This document shows, in pieces, positions 1 through 8,343 of a stretch of DNA of 64,000 nucleotides. This DNA is from a virus (lineage: Duplodnaviria > Caudoviricetes), in IMG/VR virus record IMGVR_UViG_3300005326_000040, positions 224,001 through 288,000 of that record; one strand, given 5' to 3'. The notes under the pieces were generated by a model that was given only the letters and a program-made list of their open reading frames with translations, searched no databases and was not told the DNA's origin. How positions within the stretch are numbered: position 1 is the stretch's first letter; each line of letters starts with the position of its first letter. The translations under genes and the position numbers were made by a program.

Positions 1-17
1 AAATTAATGAAATTCCG

Positions 18-500
18 ATGCAAGCAGTTATATTCCAGGAATTTTCTAAGAACATGCTGAATTTGCTGCCTTTGCAGTTGGAGCATAAGAATCAAAAGAT
101 AAAGATTGAAGAGCCTACAGATGAACACTTACATCTGTTCTCTGGTATCGCTGCATTCAATTCTACAGTAGAACCTTCCTTGATTGTTAAAAAGCCTACG
201 GTTCTATTGAAGAATAGGGATAGCGCTAAACTGGCAACCAATGTTCATGAAAAAGTAGCCTTTTCTTTCATGGGGCACATTATCTTTGTAATGAACGAAG
301 CTTTGGAAGATATTACAGAGAACGTAGATTCATATTCTTTTTCGAATCTACGGCTGAAACAAAACTCTCAGTCGCTTGTAGGTCAAAAAATCTTCGTGAT
401 GTATTATACGATACCTGCACATTATTCAATGCAATCGATGGCTCATTTGCGTCGAATTGCGAAGAGAATATATCAGAGTTGTCTAGCAAGAAAGTTGTAG
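18..500 (+). CDS. hypothetical protein
   Basis: 160-aa ORF in the dominant strand; no recognisable motif. Confidence 0.6.
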   Translation: MQAVIFQEFSKNMLNLLPLQLEHKNQKIKIEEPTDEHLHLFSGIAAFNSTVEPSLIVKKPTVLLKNRDSAKLATNVHEKVAFSFMGHIIFVMNEALEDITENVDSYSFSNLRLKQNSQSLVGQKIFVMYYTIPAHYSMQSMAHLRRIAKRIYQSCLARKL

Positions 501-506
501 GATAAA

Positions 507-1142
507 ATGTTTGTGATATTCAAATTTATAGCCTTTGTGTTGCTTGGTTTGTTTCTTTACGGAATAATCGGTAACGTTTTATCTCGTTGTTATCGCATGG
601 CTGTGCTCCAGCTAGTTAATGAAAAGCGCAATCTTTTTACTTATTTGTTTTATCCAGTCAAATCTTTTAGAAGTATGACGAGTCAGGAGCAAATTAGAGC
701 GGCTGTTATGGCTTCTACGGTTCGGGATCATTCAGGTGAACTTCCAAATCGTCCTGTAGATTTTCTTTCAGAATTTCAATTTGTAAGTGTTGATGAGGTT
801 GTTTCCAATAGCACACAAAAAGATTCTAGTTTAAGAATTGGAATAGACACAGCCAGCGTAGAGCAAATGTGGCATGAACATAAAATGGTAATGTCTTTTT
901 TGTGGCCGCTTAGAGTAGTGCTTATCACTCTTCCTCAACATATTGCTTTTGTGACTTCTTCCCCATTCGTTATCGTTTATAAGCTTTTCAAAGGTACAGA
1001 CACTATTGTTTCTTTCATCTTTAAGCTGCCGCATACGCTTTTGTATATCCCAGCATTTTTTAAGCACATATTTGCTAAACGAATTAAAGATAAGGAAGAT
1101 GAAACAAATCACCCATACAGGCGGCACATCTTTAGAAAATAA
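507..1142 (+). CDS. membrane protein, paralog of 7739..8338
   Basis: N-terminal TM, second hydrophobic segment, shared GNVLxR..Y and KRN.FT motifs and C-terminal HPYR. Confidence 0.75.
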   Translation: MFVIFKFIAFVLLGLFLYGIIGNVLSRCYRMAVLQLVNEKRNLFTYLFYPVKSFRSMTSQEQIRAAVMASTVRDHSGELPNRPVDFLSEFQFVSVDEVVSNSTQKDSSLRIGIDTASVEQMWHEHKMVMSFLWPLRVVLITLPQHIAFVTSSPFVIVYKLFKGTDTIVSFIFKLPHTLLYIPAFFKHIFAKRIKDKEDETNHPYRRHIFRK

Positions 1143-1163
1143 TCAATATTAACCCATCAAAGT

Positions 1164-1706
1164 ATGGGCGAAGTTATTAATCTAGATGAGAAACGCCAGC
1201 AAAAAATCAAATCACCAGAAGTAGAGATTACTGGCAAACCAGCTGTAGATGCTGCAATTCGATTGGTAAAGAAACATCAACCGAACATTTTTGTAGGCGT
1301 TGAAAAGGTTGTTGTTGAAACAGCCCCAGATGGAAATAAACTGGGCTACGTTACGAACAAAGATGACCAGTCCAAAATGGTTCATATTGTTCTTCCAACT
1401 AACGTTGAAGAAGCTAAGAAGAAGCTGGGGAAGACCAACGTCTCTCAGCCTATCTTAGATGAGGCAGCAAGCATCGTAATTGCCAATACAATCGCTCATG
1501 AGGTTGGTCACGTACTCGATGACCTAAAAAGCGGAGAAGCTCCGGCAGAGGCTAAGGAAAGAGAATTCGCGCCCCATTTCGAGCAAGAGTGGAAGGCGTT
1601 TTTAGATAAAAAGAATGTTCAAGATGATTTGCAAAAAGCAGCCAGTTTAGATTATATCTTAGGAATCTATAACAGCTGTAAGTTATTTCGTGATTTCGTC
1701 GGGTAA
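1164..1706 (+). CDS. putative HExxH metallopeptidase-like protein
   Basis: IAHEVGH followed by E.PAE. Confidence 0.55.
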   Translation: MGEVINLDEKRQQKIKSPEVEITGKPAVDAAIRLVKKHQPNIFVGVEKVVVETAPDGNKLGYVTNKDDQSKMVHIVLPTNVEEAKKKLGKTNVSQPILDEAASIVIANTIAHEVGHVLDDLKSGEAPAEAKEREFAPHFEQEWKAFLDKKNVQDDLQKAASLDYILGIYNSCKLFRDFVG

Positions 1707-1883
1707 ATATCCTTCTGATATGATTTTGAAGAATCCTTGTTTGTTTGCTTCGACACTCAGCATGTTTTTAGTTTTATAGATACATCTGACTTTGGCTCCG
1801 GTTGGCGGGGCAGAAGCAAATTTTTCCATCGTTTCCTTATTTTCAAATTTTACGAAATATACTTTAGATTTTTCTTCGGTCAT
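1683..1883 (-). CDS. hypothetical protein
   Basis: 66-aa ORF coupled to 1880..2326 by a 4-nt overlap. Confidence 0.55.
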   Translation of the reverse strand: MTEEKSKVYFVKFENKETMEKFASAPPTGAKVRCIYKTKNMLSVEANKQGFFKIISEGYLPDEITK

Positions 1884-2326
1884 TGGTTTGCTCCGTCCGT
1901 GATATTCACTAATTGCTCTAGAACATCTTGTAGGTCTTGCTGTTGTTTTTCTGAGAATTCAATTTCTTTTGGTTCCTCTTCGGGACCGTCATCGGATGAA
2001 TCGGCTTCATCCTTTTGAGTTAATAGCGAGTAAATGGCATTTTCTATGTATTTGCGCTTTAGCTCAGAGACAGAAGGAAGCTTGATATCTACTTGAGCTT
2101 CTTTGATAATTGTGGTGATTTCAGTTTCATAGTCATACTGGTCACCTTCTTTTACTCTTCTTTTCATAAGCTCATACATTGCGAATTTAGCTTCGGCTTT
2201 TAAGGCTCCCAAGATTCTTGATGTTGCTACAATACCGGCGAGAGTTTCAGAACTTCGCTGGGAAATTTCTTCCATTTGCTGATCGGTCAAATCAAATTTT
2301 AACATTTTTCCTTGTTTGCTTTTCAT
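1880..2326 (-). CDS. hypothetical protein
   Basis: 148-aa ORF with acidic C-terminus. Confidence 0.7.
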   Translation of the reverse strand: MKSKQGKMLKFDLTDQQMEEISQRSSETLAGIVATSRILGALKAEAKFAMYELMKRRVKEGDQYDYETEITTIIKEAQVDIKLPSVSELKRKYIENAIYSLLTQKDEADSSDDGPEEEPKEIEFSEKQQQDLQDVLEQLVNITDGANQ

Positions 2327-2471
2327 TTCTGGCTTGGATAATTAGATGATAATTGATTGCCAGTGGAGCTTTTTTGCATTTTTCTCCATTGATGTTAGGA
2401 CAATCATCAGGGCAAAATTTTGGGGCTTCATGGAGAAGAACACACCCAGCACAATAGAGATTGGAAATCAT
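2292..2471 (-). CDS. small Cys-rich protein (59 aa, absent from ORF track)
   Basis: Manual translation MISNLYCAGCVLLHEAPKFCPDDCPNINGEKCKK...; ATG 5 nt after a GATATATAAT motif. Confidence 0.5.
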   Translation of the reverse strand: MISNLYCAGCVLLHEAPKFCPDDCPNINGEKCKKAPLAINYHLIIQARNEKQTRKNVKI

Positions 2472-2509
2472 ATTGGATTATATATCTGGATCGAAAAGGA
2501 GCCTGTTAG

Positions 2510-2971
2510 ATGAGAACTTTTAAAGGAAATTTAATTCATATTGCAACTGGAAATAAGGTCTGGGGCGTTGCTCTAGAGAAAAATAGAGTGCCTAAAATTA
2601 TTCCCGATTCTGAAGTTGATCAAGAGATACGTTGGGCGGCTGTAAATTTTAATGACGAGCCAGATCCGACGTTTACAATTTGTCCTGTGACGTTGACGTG
2701 GGATGAACCCAAAGATGATTCTCAGGTTTGTTTTTGTCCATGCCATACTCCTGGCGAGGAAATGATGCATTGCCAACCTTGTTGTGGTGGGCAATGTATG
2801 AAGTGTGGTCGTCATATTAAAGATGAGTTTTGGGATGAGCATAACAAGACGTGTGAAGATTATTCAAATGCCAAAGTGATTTATGAAGATTGGGTTAAGC
2901 GGGGCGAAAAGATTAAGGAGCTTGAAGGAAAGGTGAATTTTCAAGCCGCCGTATTGAAGGCGAAGAAATAA
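2510..2971 (+). CDS. hypothetical Cys/His-rich protein
   Basis: CFCPCH, HCQPCC, CMKC clusters; AAGGAG RBS upstream. Confidence 0.7.
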   Translation: MRTFKGNLIHIATGNKVWGVALEKNRVPKIIPDSEVDQEIRWAAVNFNDEPDPTFTICPVTLTWDEPKDDSQVCFCPCHTPGEEMMHCQPCCGGQCMKCGRHIKDEFWDEHNKTCEDYSNAKVIYEDWVKRGEKIKELEGKVNFQAAVLKAKK

Positions 2972-2994
2972 AGAAAATTAATCGCGAGGATATT

Positions 2995-3273
2995 ATGAGT
3001 GATGATAATGTGACTTGGGCTTGTTTGGTAATTGGTGCGGTTTTGTTTTGGGTTTGCTGGGCGATATGGGTGTATTCTACACAGCCAAGATTGGTTAAAA
3101 TTCATGAATCTAAACGAAAACGTAGCGTTCATCCTATTGAAGATTTCGCGTGTTCGTGTGGGTCAAAAGATTTTCTAGCAGGGCCTTGTGGTGGCATGTG
3201 CCAAAATATCAAATGTAAAGATTGCCGAAAGACGTATAACGTAACACCATTTGATGTTGTTCCTTTGGACTAG
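2995..3273 (+). CDS. membrane-anchored zinc-ribbon protein
   Basis: N-terminal TM; CSCGS...CKDC; GAGG RBS. Confidence 0.65.
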   Translation: MSDDNVTWACLVIGAVLFWVCWAIWVYSTQPRLVKIHESKRKRSVHPIEDFACSCGSKDFLAGPCGGMCQNIKCKDCRKTYNVTPFDVVPLD

Positions 3274-3284
3274 GTTGTAAAGAA

Positions 3285-3725
3285 ATGAAGAAAATTAGTT
3301 GCGGTATATTGGCTTGGCGTAAAAAAGGAAATGATATTCAATTCTTTTTGGTGCATCCAGGTGGTTCATCTTGGGCGAATAAAGACCTAGGATGTTGGGG
3401 AATGCCAAGAGGAGAAAGGATTGAGGGGGAATCTGCTGTTGAAACTGCTCTTCGAGAATTTAAGGAAGAAACAGGAGCAGATGTTTGTGGAGAGCTATCG
3501 TATTTAGGTCGAGTTAAACAGAACAAATATAAGGATGTAAACTGTTTTTCAGTCGAATTAGATTTGGGGGATGATTTTATCCTTCGCTCAAATGAGATTA
3601 CTGTTAATGGTGAAACTTTTCCTGAGGTTGACAAGGGAATATATTTTTGCTATGCTGTGGCAAAGAAAAAGATTTCTCCTGCACAACTTGTTTTCTTAGA
3701 TGAAATTATGCGAAGGCATTCTTGA
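3285..3725 (+). CDS. NUDIX hydrolase
   Basis: Nudix box GERIEGESAVETALREFKEETG. Confidence 0.9.
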   Translation: MKKISCGILAWRKKGNDIQFFLVHPGGSSWANKDLGCWGMPRGERIEGESAVETALREFKEETGADVCGELSYLGRVKQNKYKDVNCFSVELDLGDDFILRSNEITVNGETFPEVDKGIYFCYAVAKKKISPAQLVFLDEIMRRHS

Positions 3726-3753
3726 GGCATAATACAATCGAAAGCAAAAGGCG

Positions 3754-4032
3754 ATGAGTGAGGGGTCTAGGTGTAGAAGGCAGGAAAAGCGAGCCGCCAA
3801 ATTTAACAGAGGTCTTGTAGCGGCTAAAGATTTAGAAGCCGTAATGGGAATGACTTGTGAAGATGCTGAGAAATATGCGTCAGAAAATAATCTGACGATT
3901 AACATAAGGTCTTGCGATGGTTGTCGGCAACCTCTTCATTTGAATCGAATCGGCCCAAATATCTTAAGTATTGATATTGAAAATGGTTTTGTGGTTCAAG
4001 TAACTTCTAATAGAAGAATGGTTATTGAATAA
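3754..4032 (+). CDS. hypothetical protein, possible I78/I13 inhibitor-like fold
   Basis: GMT.EDA...A..NNL.I...ILSIDIENG.V pattern. Confidence 0.5.
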   Translation: MSEGSRCRRQEKRAAKFNRGLVAAKDLEAVMGMTCEDAEKYASENNLTINIRSCDGCRQPLHLNRIGPNILSIDIENGFVVQVTSNRRMVIE

Positions 4033-4337
4033 TGTTACAAGCAAAACTTACACAAGAGCAATTAGAAAAATTACTTGTTTGGCCTGAACGATTTATTCCG
4101 CACGGAATTTATTGTTACAGAACCATTTGTGAGGATTCAACTAACAATCTTATTCACATTGAATTGTGCCCCTTCTGGGATAAGGACGACGCCAAACCCG
4201 AAGGATGCAATGGGTATTGTCATTACTTAAAGCAAGGCGACTGGGAGACACCAGGAGGTTTGCTTTGGGACCAGTGTAAAGAATGTGGTCTCAATGACGT
4301 GGTATTTGTAGGAGAAGAAGATGGAAAAGAAGATTAA
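4032..4337 (+). CDS. Cys-rich hypothetical phage protein
   Basis: CPFW, GYCHYL, LLWDQCKECG. Confidence 0.65.
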   Translation: MLQAKLTQEQLEKLLVWPERFIPHGIYCYRTICEDSTNNLIHIELCPFWDKDDAKPEGCNGYCHYLKQGDWETPGGLLWDQCKECGLNDVVFVGEEDGKED

Positions 4338-4782
4338 GCCAATTGTGTTTCCAAGATATGATGAAGACATCATTACACAAAAGCGCACTTTAGTTCACTT
4401 TGAATCTATTAACGGGTTTATTGCTGCTGATTATATTCACCCCGGAGATGAACTCCAGGAAGTTAGTCAGCAAGCAGTTGGTGACACTGTAGTTCTTTGT
4501 CGGAAGGTCTTAGACAAATCTGGGCTGGGGGCAAAAATTGTTTCTGTAACTCAAGTTAAACTCAGTGAGTTATCAGAAGAAGACTGTGGTAAATTGAATT
4601 GTTCTAAGGAAGAATATTTGGAGCGTTGGAATAAACTTCATCCATGTGCTTTCGTAGGGAATTCCGATGAAAAACTTATTTGGAGAGTAGAATTTGAATA
4701 TACTGGTTCTACGATAATTCTGTTTGAAGTTGCGCGCAAAGAAGCTGCGCATAAAGAAAATCCTTCTAACGTTCTCAACTAG
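4321..4782 (+). CDS. ASCH/PUA-like domain protein
   Basis: I.PGD.L, VSVTQVKLSELSEED, WRVEFEY pattern typical of ASCH. Confidence 0.6.
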   Translation: MEKKIKPIVFPRYDEDIITQKRTLVHFESINGFIAADYIHPGDELQEVSQQAVGDTVVLCRKVLDKSGLGAKIVSVTQVKLSELSEEDCGKLNCSKEEYLERWNKLHPCAFVGNSDEKLIWRVEFEYTGSTIILFEVARKEAAHKENPSNVLN

Positions 4783-4791
4783 GAAAATATA

Positions 4792-5016
4792 ATGGATAAA
4801 GAATGCACTCATGGCGTAACTTTTGATTCTGAAGAAGCTAAGAAGCTGCTTGAGGGTTGGAACCCAAAGACTAGCGAAGAATGGCTTATGGGAAATCCTA
4901 TGACGGCAGAGGTTCGAAAACGTTGGCCTCGACTCAATGGTGAATGTCCTAAAGGTTGCGGTTACAAAGGAATCTTTTACGTCAGCATGGAACATTATGT
5001 GGCAGGGGATTGGTAA
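4792..5016 (+). CDS. hypothetical protein
   Basis: 74-aa ORF with AGGA RBS; CPKGCG. Confidence 0.6.
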   Translation: MDKECTHGVTFDSEEAKKLLEGWNPKTSEEWLMGNPMTAEVRKRWPRLNGECPKGCGYKGIFYVSMEHYVAGDW

Positions 5017-5047
5017 TGGCGAAAGCTAAGTAGAAAGATATAACCAA

Positions 5048-5587
5048 ATGAAGTACAGAAAAAAGCCGGTAGTAATTGATGCTGTTCAACTTAATTGGAA
5101 GAATTGGAATGCCGTTTGTGAATTGCTTGGAGATCTTGTCAGCGATAAGAACCCAGGAAAATATGGTTTAGCCAGCGATACATGCGGGGAGCAAGAACCA
5201 TATATCAACTTGGAAATCTCCACAATGGAAGGAATTATGTTGGCCCTCCACGGAGATTATATCATCAAGGGTGTGAGTAATGAGTTTTATCCGTGTAAGC
5301 CGGATATTTTCAAGATGACTTATGAGGCTGTTTCGGAGACTTCGGCTGATTGGGTTGCTGAGCCAGTAACAAAACCTATTGCTCTAAGGCAGGCAACAGA
5401 CGATGACATTACACAGATTATGGGAAAGACATTACAGCTTGTAGATGAATATTGTAATGCAAACGGTTTGGTTCTAAGAGTTGGAACTGTTAATGGAAAA
5501 ATAAAATTAATGACAGATGATATTAGGTTTAATAGGATTACGGTTGACCTCGTTGGCGGGGTGGTTCAAAACGCAAAACTTGGATAA
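5048..5587 (+). CDS. common phage protein (KYRKKPVVI..GDYII..FYPCKPDIF) fused to C-terminal I78-like domain
   Basis: Recognisable conserved phage motif plus TDDIRFNRITVDLVGGVVQNAKLG tail. Confidence 0.7.
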   Translation: MKYRKKPVVIDAVQLNWKNWNAVCELLGDLVSDKNPGKYGLASDTCGEQEPYINLEISTMEGIMLALHGDYIIKGVSNEFYPCKPDIFKMTYEAVSETSADWVAEPVTKPIALRQATDDDITQIMGKTLQLVDEYCNANGLVLRVGTVNGKIKLMTDDIRFNRITVDLVGGVVQNAKLG

Positions 5588-5596
5588 GTAACTATT

Positions 5597-5728
5597 ATGA
5601 AGAAAACAAAACGAAGACGCCTGAAGCTTCCGTCGTCTGAAGTTCTGTATATGATGGCGATAGCACGCGCGGAGATTTTGAAAGAGATTCGGGACCGCGA
5701 GAAAGCTGACACGAGAATTGCTTTATGA
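5597..5728 (+). CDS. small basic protein (43 aa)
   Basis: Manual translation MKKTKRRRLKLPSSEVLY...; ATGA overlap with next gene. Confidence 0.5.
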   Translation: MKKTKRRRLKLPSSEVLYMMAIARAEILKEIRDREKADTRIAL

Positions 5729-6114
5729 AAAATCCGCCCCATTATTCTAGTATGGTTTTGGATACCGACCCAAATTTTAGAAAATGTCTCCGCTGGATAA
5801 ATACTTATTCTGGCGGGAAGACATTTGGATCTTGTTCTGGACACCCAGAAAATACATACGAAAAAACAAAAGATAAACTCTTCCCACTTCTAAATGTTAG
5901 GTTTCCAAAGAAAGATGGGTTGGACAATATTAATGCCTTGGCTTCAATTTTTGTAAGCAAAGGTTTCTTACGAGCGTATATTGTGGATGAGGAACATAGA
6001 TTTCTTGCTAAGAAATTTCCAGGAAGTATTGGGCTGACACTTCATCTTAAGTATGAAGTGAAAGACAACTGGGATAAAGTGCTGGCTGTGTTGGAAGAAA
6101 TTGTTGCGGATTAG
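5725..6114 (+). CDS. hypothetical protein
   Basis: 129-aa ORF with TFGSCSGH motif. Confidence 0.65.
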   Translation: MKNPPHYSSMVLDTDPNFRKCLRWINTYSGGKTFGSCSGHPENTYEKTKDKLFPLLNVRFPKKDGLDNINALASIFVSKGFLRAYIVDEEHRFLAKKFPGSIGLTLHLKYEVKDNWDKVLAVLEEIVAD

Positions 6115-6116
6115 TT

Positions 6117-6797
6117 TCAGCTAATTACTCGGCACGAATCTTTTACAGTTTGCGCAATAGCATCCCATTGCGATTCTTCCGTGATATCAAAATCGAAAGG
6201 AATTCGACAAATGCGAGCTGCATGAGCCCAAGGAAGAAGAGCTTGCTCAGCTTCTCGTAACAATTCTACATAGCCTGTTCGTAGATCTTTTAGGTATTCA
6301 AGCGGAACACTAGACTCCGCATTCCTGTTGCGTTTTTTCATGCGATTGAAAGCGGTTTCAGGCTGGACATCGAGGTAGATTAGTAGCGTTGGTGGAAGAA
6401 GACTTCGACACATTATGTTGTAACATATTTCATATGTCTCCCAATCTAATTGTTCAATGTGGCCCGCATCTCGAAGCATTTTAGCAAAAACTCTGTCACC
6501 AGGCAGCGACCGATCAATGACGGCGCCTGAGAAGCCACCTACTCCAGTAGCCTCATATGACGCAAGCTGTTGCATGGAATAACGCTGGTGAAGTAAAAAG
6601 ATTTGCATTGGGAACGCCCATTTTTTGGGGTCCTTATAGAATTTTTCTAGATAAGGATTCTCAATTCCTTCTCCGTTTCCAACAGGCTCCTCTAATAGTC
6701 GTAAATTCAGTCTTGAAGCTATTTTTTTGCTAAACGTGCTTTTCCCGCAGGCTATGATTCCTTCGACAACAATTAGTGGCTTGAAAATGTTTGGCAT
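6117..6797 (-). CDS. deoxynucleoside kinase (dNK/dGK family)
   Basis: EGIIACGKST P-loop, DRS motif, IYLDV, R.KKRNR lid; start reassigned to MPNIF. Confidence 0.9.
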   Translation of the reverse strand: MPNIFKPLIVVEGIIACGKSTFSKKIASRLNLRLLEEPVGNGEGIENPYLEKFYKDPKKWAFPMQIFLLHQRYSMQQLASYEATGVGGFSGAVIDRSLPGDRVFAKMLRDAGHIEQLDWETYEICYNIMCRSLLPPTLLIYLDVQPETAFNRMKKRNRNAESSVPLEYLKDLRTGYVELLREAEQALLPWAHAARICRIPFDFDITEESQWDAIAQTVKDSCRVIS

Positions 6798-6920
6798 ATT
6801 TTGATACCTTTTGTTGGGGTGTGTTTGGATATATAACGCTCTGAAACATACGCGACGAATAAAAACTACTAATACTGATGTATTTTTGCACAACCACAAC
6901 AAGTGGAGTATATAGGACAA

Positions 6921-7024
6921 GATGCTTAGCGTAAGCACAGCAACAGATGGACGCAGATTGGAGGGACAAATTAGTTCCTCTAGGCGTCTCCTTGCCCTTG
7001 AATTATCGTATTAAAGCTTCACCA
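6921..7024 (+). ncRNA. candidate structured ncRNA ending in ACCA
   Basis: GATGCTT/AAGCTTC terminal helix + ACCA; internal GACGC/GCGTC and GAGGGAC/GTTCCTC stems; starts 6 nt after a TATATA motif. Confidence 0.4.
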
Positions 7025-7036
7025 AATTTCGATTTA

Positions 7037-7119
7037 GGTGGAGTGTGTGAGTGGTTAAAACAGCTTGACTGTAAATCAGGTCCCTTCGGGGTTCGTCGGT
7101 TCAAATCCGGCCTCCACCA
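7037..7119 (+). tRNA. tRNA-Tyr(GTA)
   Basis: GGTGGAG/CTCCACC acceptor, CTTGA-CT-GTA-AA-TCAGG anticodon arm, long variable arm, TTCAAAT T-loop; CCA not encoded. Confidence 0.95.
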
Positions 7120-7135
7120 CAAAGGAAAATTTTAT

Positions 7136-7277
7136 AGGTCGTTGGTCGAGTGGTCGAAGACGCCTCACGGTGAGTGGGGAGTGGCACGGTTTCCGGAAGC
7201 CGAACAGAAACAGTCTGGATGTTCGCGCGAACAAAAAGATTGTTGCCACCTCATTGGTTCAAATCCAGTACGGCCTA
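7136..7277 (+). ncRNA. tRNA-like RNA with giant (73-nt) branched variable arm
   Basis: All four tRNA arms pair; anticodon loop CGGTGAG lacks U33. Confidence 0.75.
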
Positions 7278-7288
7278 CTATTAAATTA

Positions 7289-7365
7289 GGGACGGTAGCT
7301 CAGTTGGTTAGAGCGTTTGCCTGATAAGCAAAAGGTCGGCAGTCCGATTCTGCCTCGTCCCACCA
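7289..7365 (+). tRNA. tRNA-Ile(GAT)
   Basis: GGGACGG/TCGTCCC acceptor, TTTGC-CT-GAT-AA-GCAAA, CCA encoded; T-loop TCCGATT. Confidence 0.9.
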
Positions 7366-7382
7366 TAAGAAAGTAAAACAAT

Positions 7383-7739
7383 ATGTCATGTGGAAGATTT
7401 AGCGGCCCTACCGCAATGCATTGTGAAGATTGTGATTATTATGGGTCGGATAAATGTCCAGCCCACGTTTCTTTATTAGAGGAATTGAAAAAGAGTAGGG
7501 ATGATAAAAAGAAGAAATGTCCTGGAAAGTGTTATTGCGGGAAAGATTGTATTGTAAATCACGAAAAGGTAGCAGAGCGATGTCACTGTGACGGCATTCA
7601 TAATATGTGTCGTGGAACATGTGAAAAGCATAATAAAGCATGTGTGTGCATCGCTAGACATAAAGGGAATTGTGACTGTCTTCAGTGCTTTTTGGGCGAC
7701 GGAGCGGTTGATCATTTGAAGAAGTTAGGTAAGTTCTAA
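7383..7739 (+). CDS. very Cys-rich protein
   Basis: 17 Cys in 118 aa. Confidence 0.65.
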   Translation: MSCGRFSGPTAMHCEDCDYYGSDKCPAHVSLLEELKKSRDDKKKKCPGKCYCGKDCIVNHEKVAERCHCDGIHNMCRGTCEKHNKACVCIARHKGNCDCLQCFLGDGAVDHLKKLGKF

Positions 7740-8338
7740 TGATGATACTTACATATGTTGGCTACACGCTTCTTGGTTTGGTAGTCTTTGTTCTTTACAG
7801 TATTCTTGGAAATGTTCTTGCTAGAGCTTATTTGAAAGCCGCCTTAGATTTGGCGGGCGTAAAGAGAAATGTATTTACATTTGTTTGTTATCCTATAATT
7901 ACTCTTTTTGAATCTGATAATGCAATTTATGAACGCATAAAATTTGCAAATTCAGAAAGTGCGTTTTTTATTTCTAAAGCTAAGTTGCCTGAAAAGATAA
8001 GCCATATTGGTAATGACCCAATAAAAGTTGAAGACGCAAACAATAAATATCGTGGATTCATGACGTTTCTTTGGCCTGTTGTGGTGGTACAAAGTTTACT
8101 AGGGATTACTGTGATAACTGCTGGCGCACCTGTAGTTGGTGTAATTGCTGGCGTTGTTTATGGCTTAATCTATTTGTTCAAAGGCGTAGAAAAGATTGTG
8201 TGGTTTACGGGCAGGATACCAGAAATTCTTCCATATACTCCGGCTTATATTAAAAGTCTTTTTGCGCACAAGATTGTAGATAAAGAAAAACAAAACGAGC
8301 ATCCATACAGGTGTAGTAAGATACTAGGAAAGCAATAA
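7739..8338 (+). CDS. membrane protein, paralog of 507..1142
   Basis: Shared N-terminal, central and HPYR motifs. Confidence 0.75.
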   Translation: MMILTYVGYTLLGLVVFVLYSILGNVLARAYLKAALDLAGVKRNVFTFVCYPIITLFESDNAIYERIKFANSESAFFISKAKLPEKISHIGNDPIKVEDANNKYRGFMTFLWPVVVVQSLLGITVITAGAPVVGVIAGVVYGLIYLFKGVEKIVWFTGRIPEILPYTPAYIKSLFAHKIVDKEKQNEHPYRCSKILGKQ

Positions 8339-8343
8339 AATTA

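Noticed and set aside
5725-6114. TYW3-like tRNA methyltransferase call from the SCSGH motif
   Set aside because: Single short motif and the protein is too small to support the call without a profile search
6798-6938. 47-aa N-terminal extension of dNK given in the ORF track
   Set aside because: It overlaps promoter motifs and the ncRNA start; the kinase fold begins at MPNIFKPLIVVEG
7136-7277. tmRNA, or a BHB/group I intron explanation for the giant arm
   Set aside because: It has a paired D-arm and anticodon arm and is far too short for tmRNA or a group I intron; I could not build a clean bulge-helix-bulge by eye (not fully excluded)
6947-7324. 125-aa and 74-aa ORFs (6947..7324, 7065..7289)
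   Set aside because: They run across tRNA-Tyr, the giant-arm RNA and tRNA-Ile; best explained as shadow ORFs
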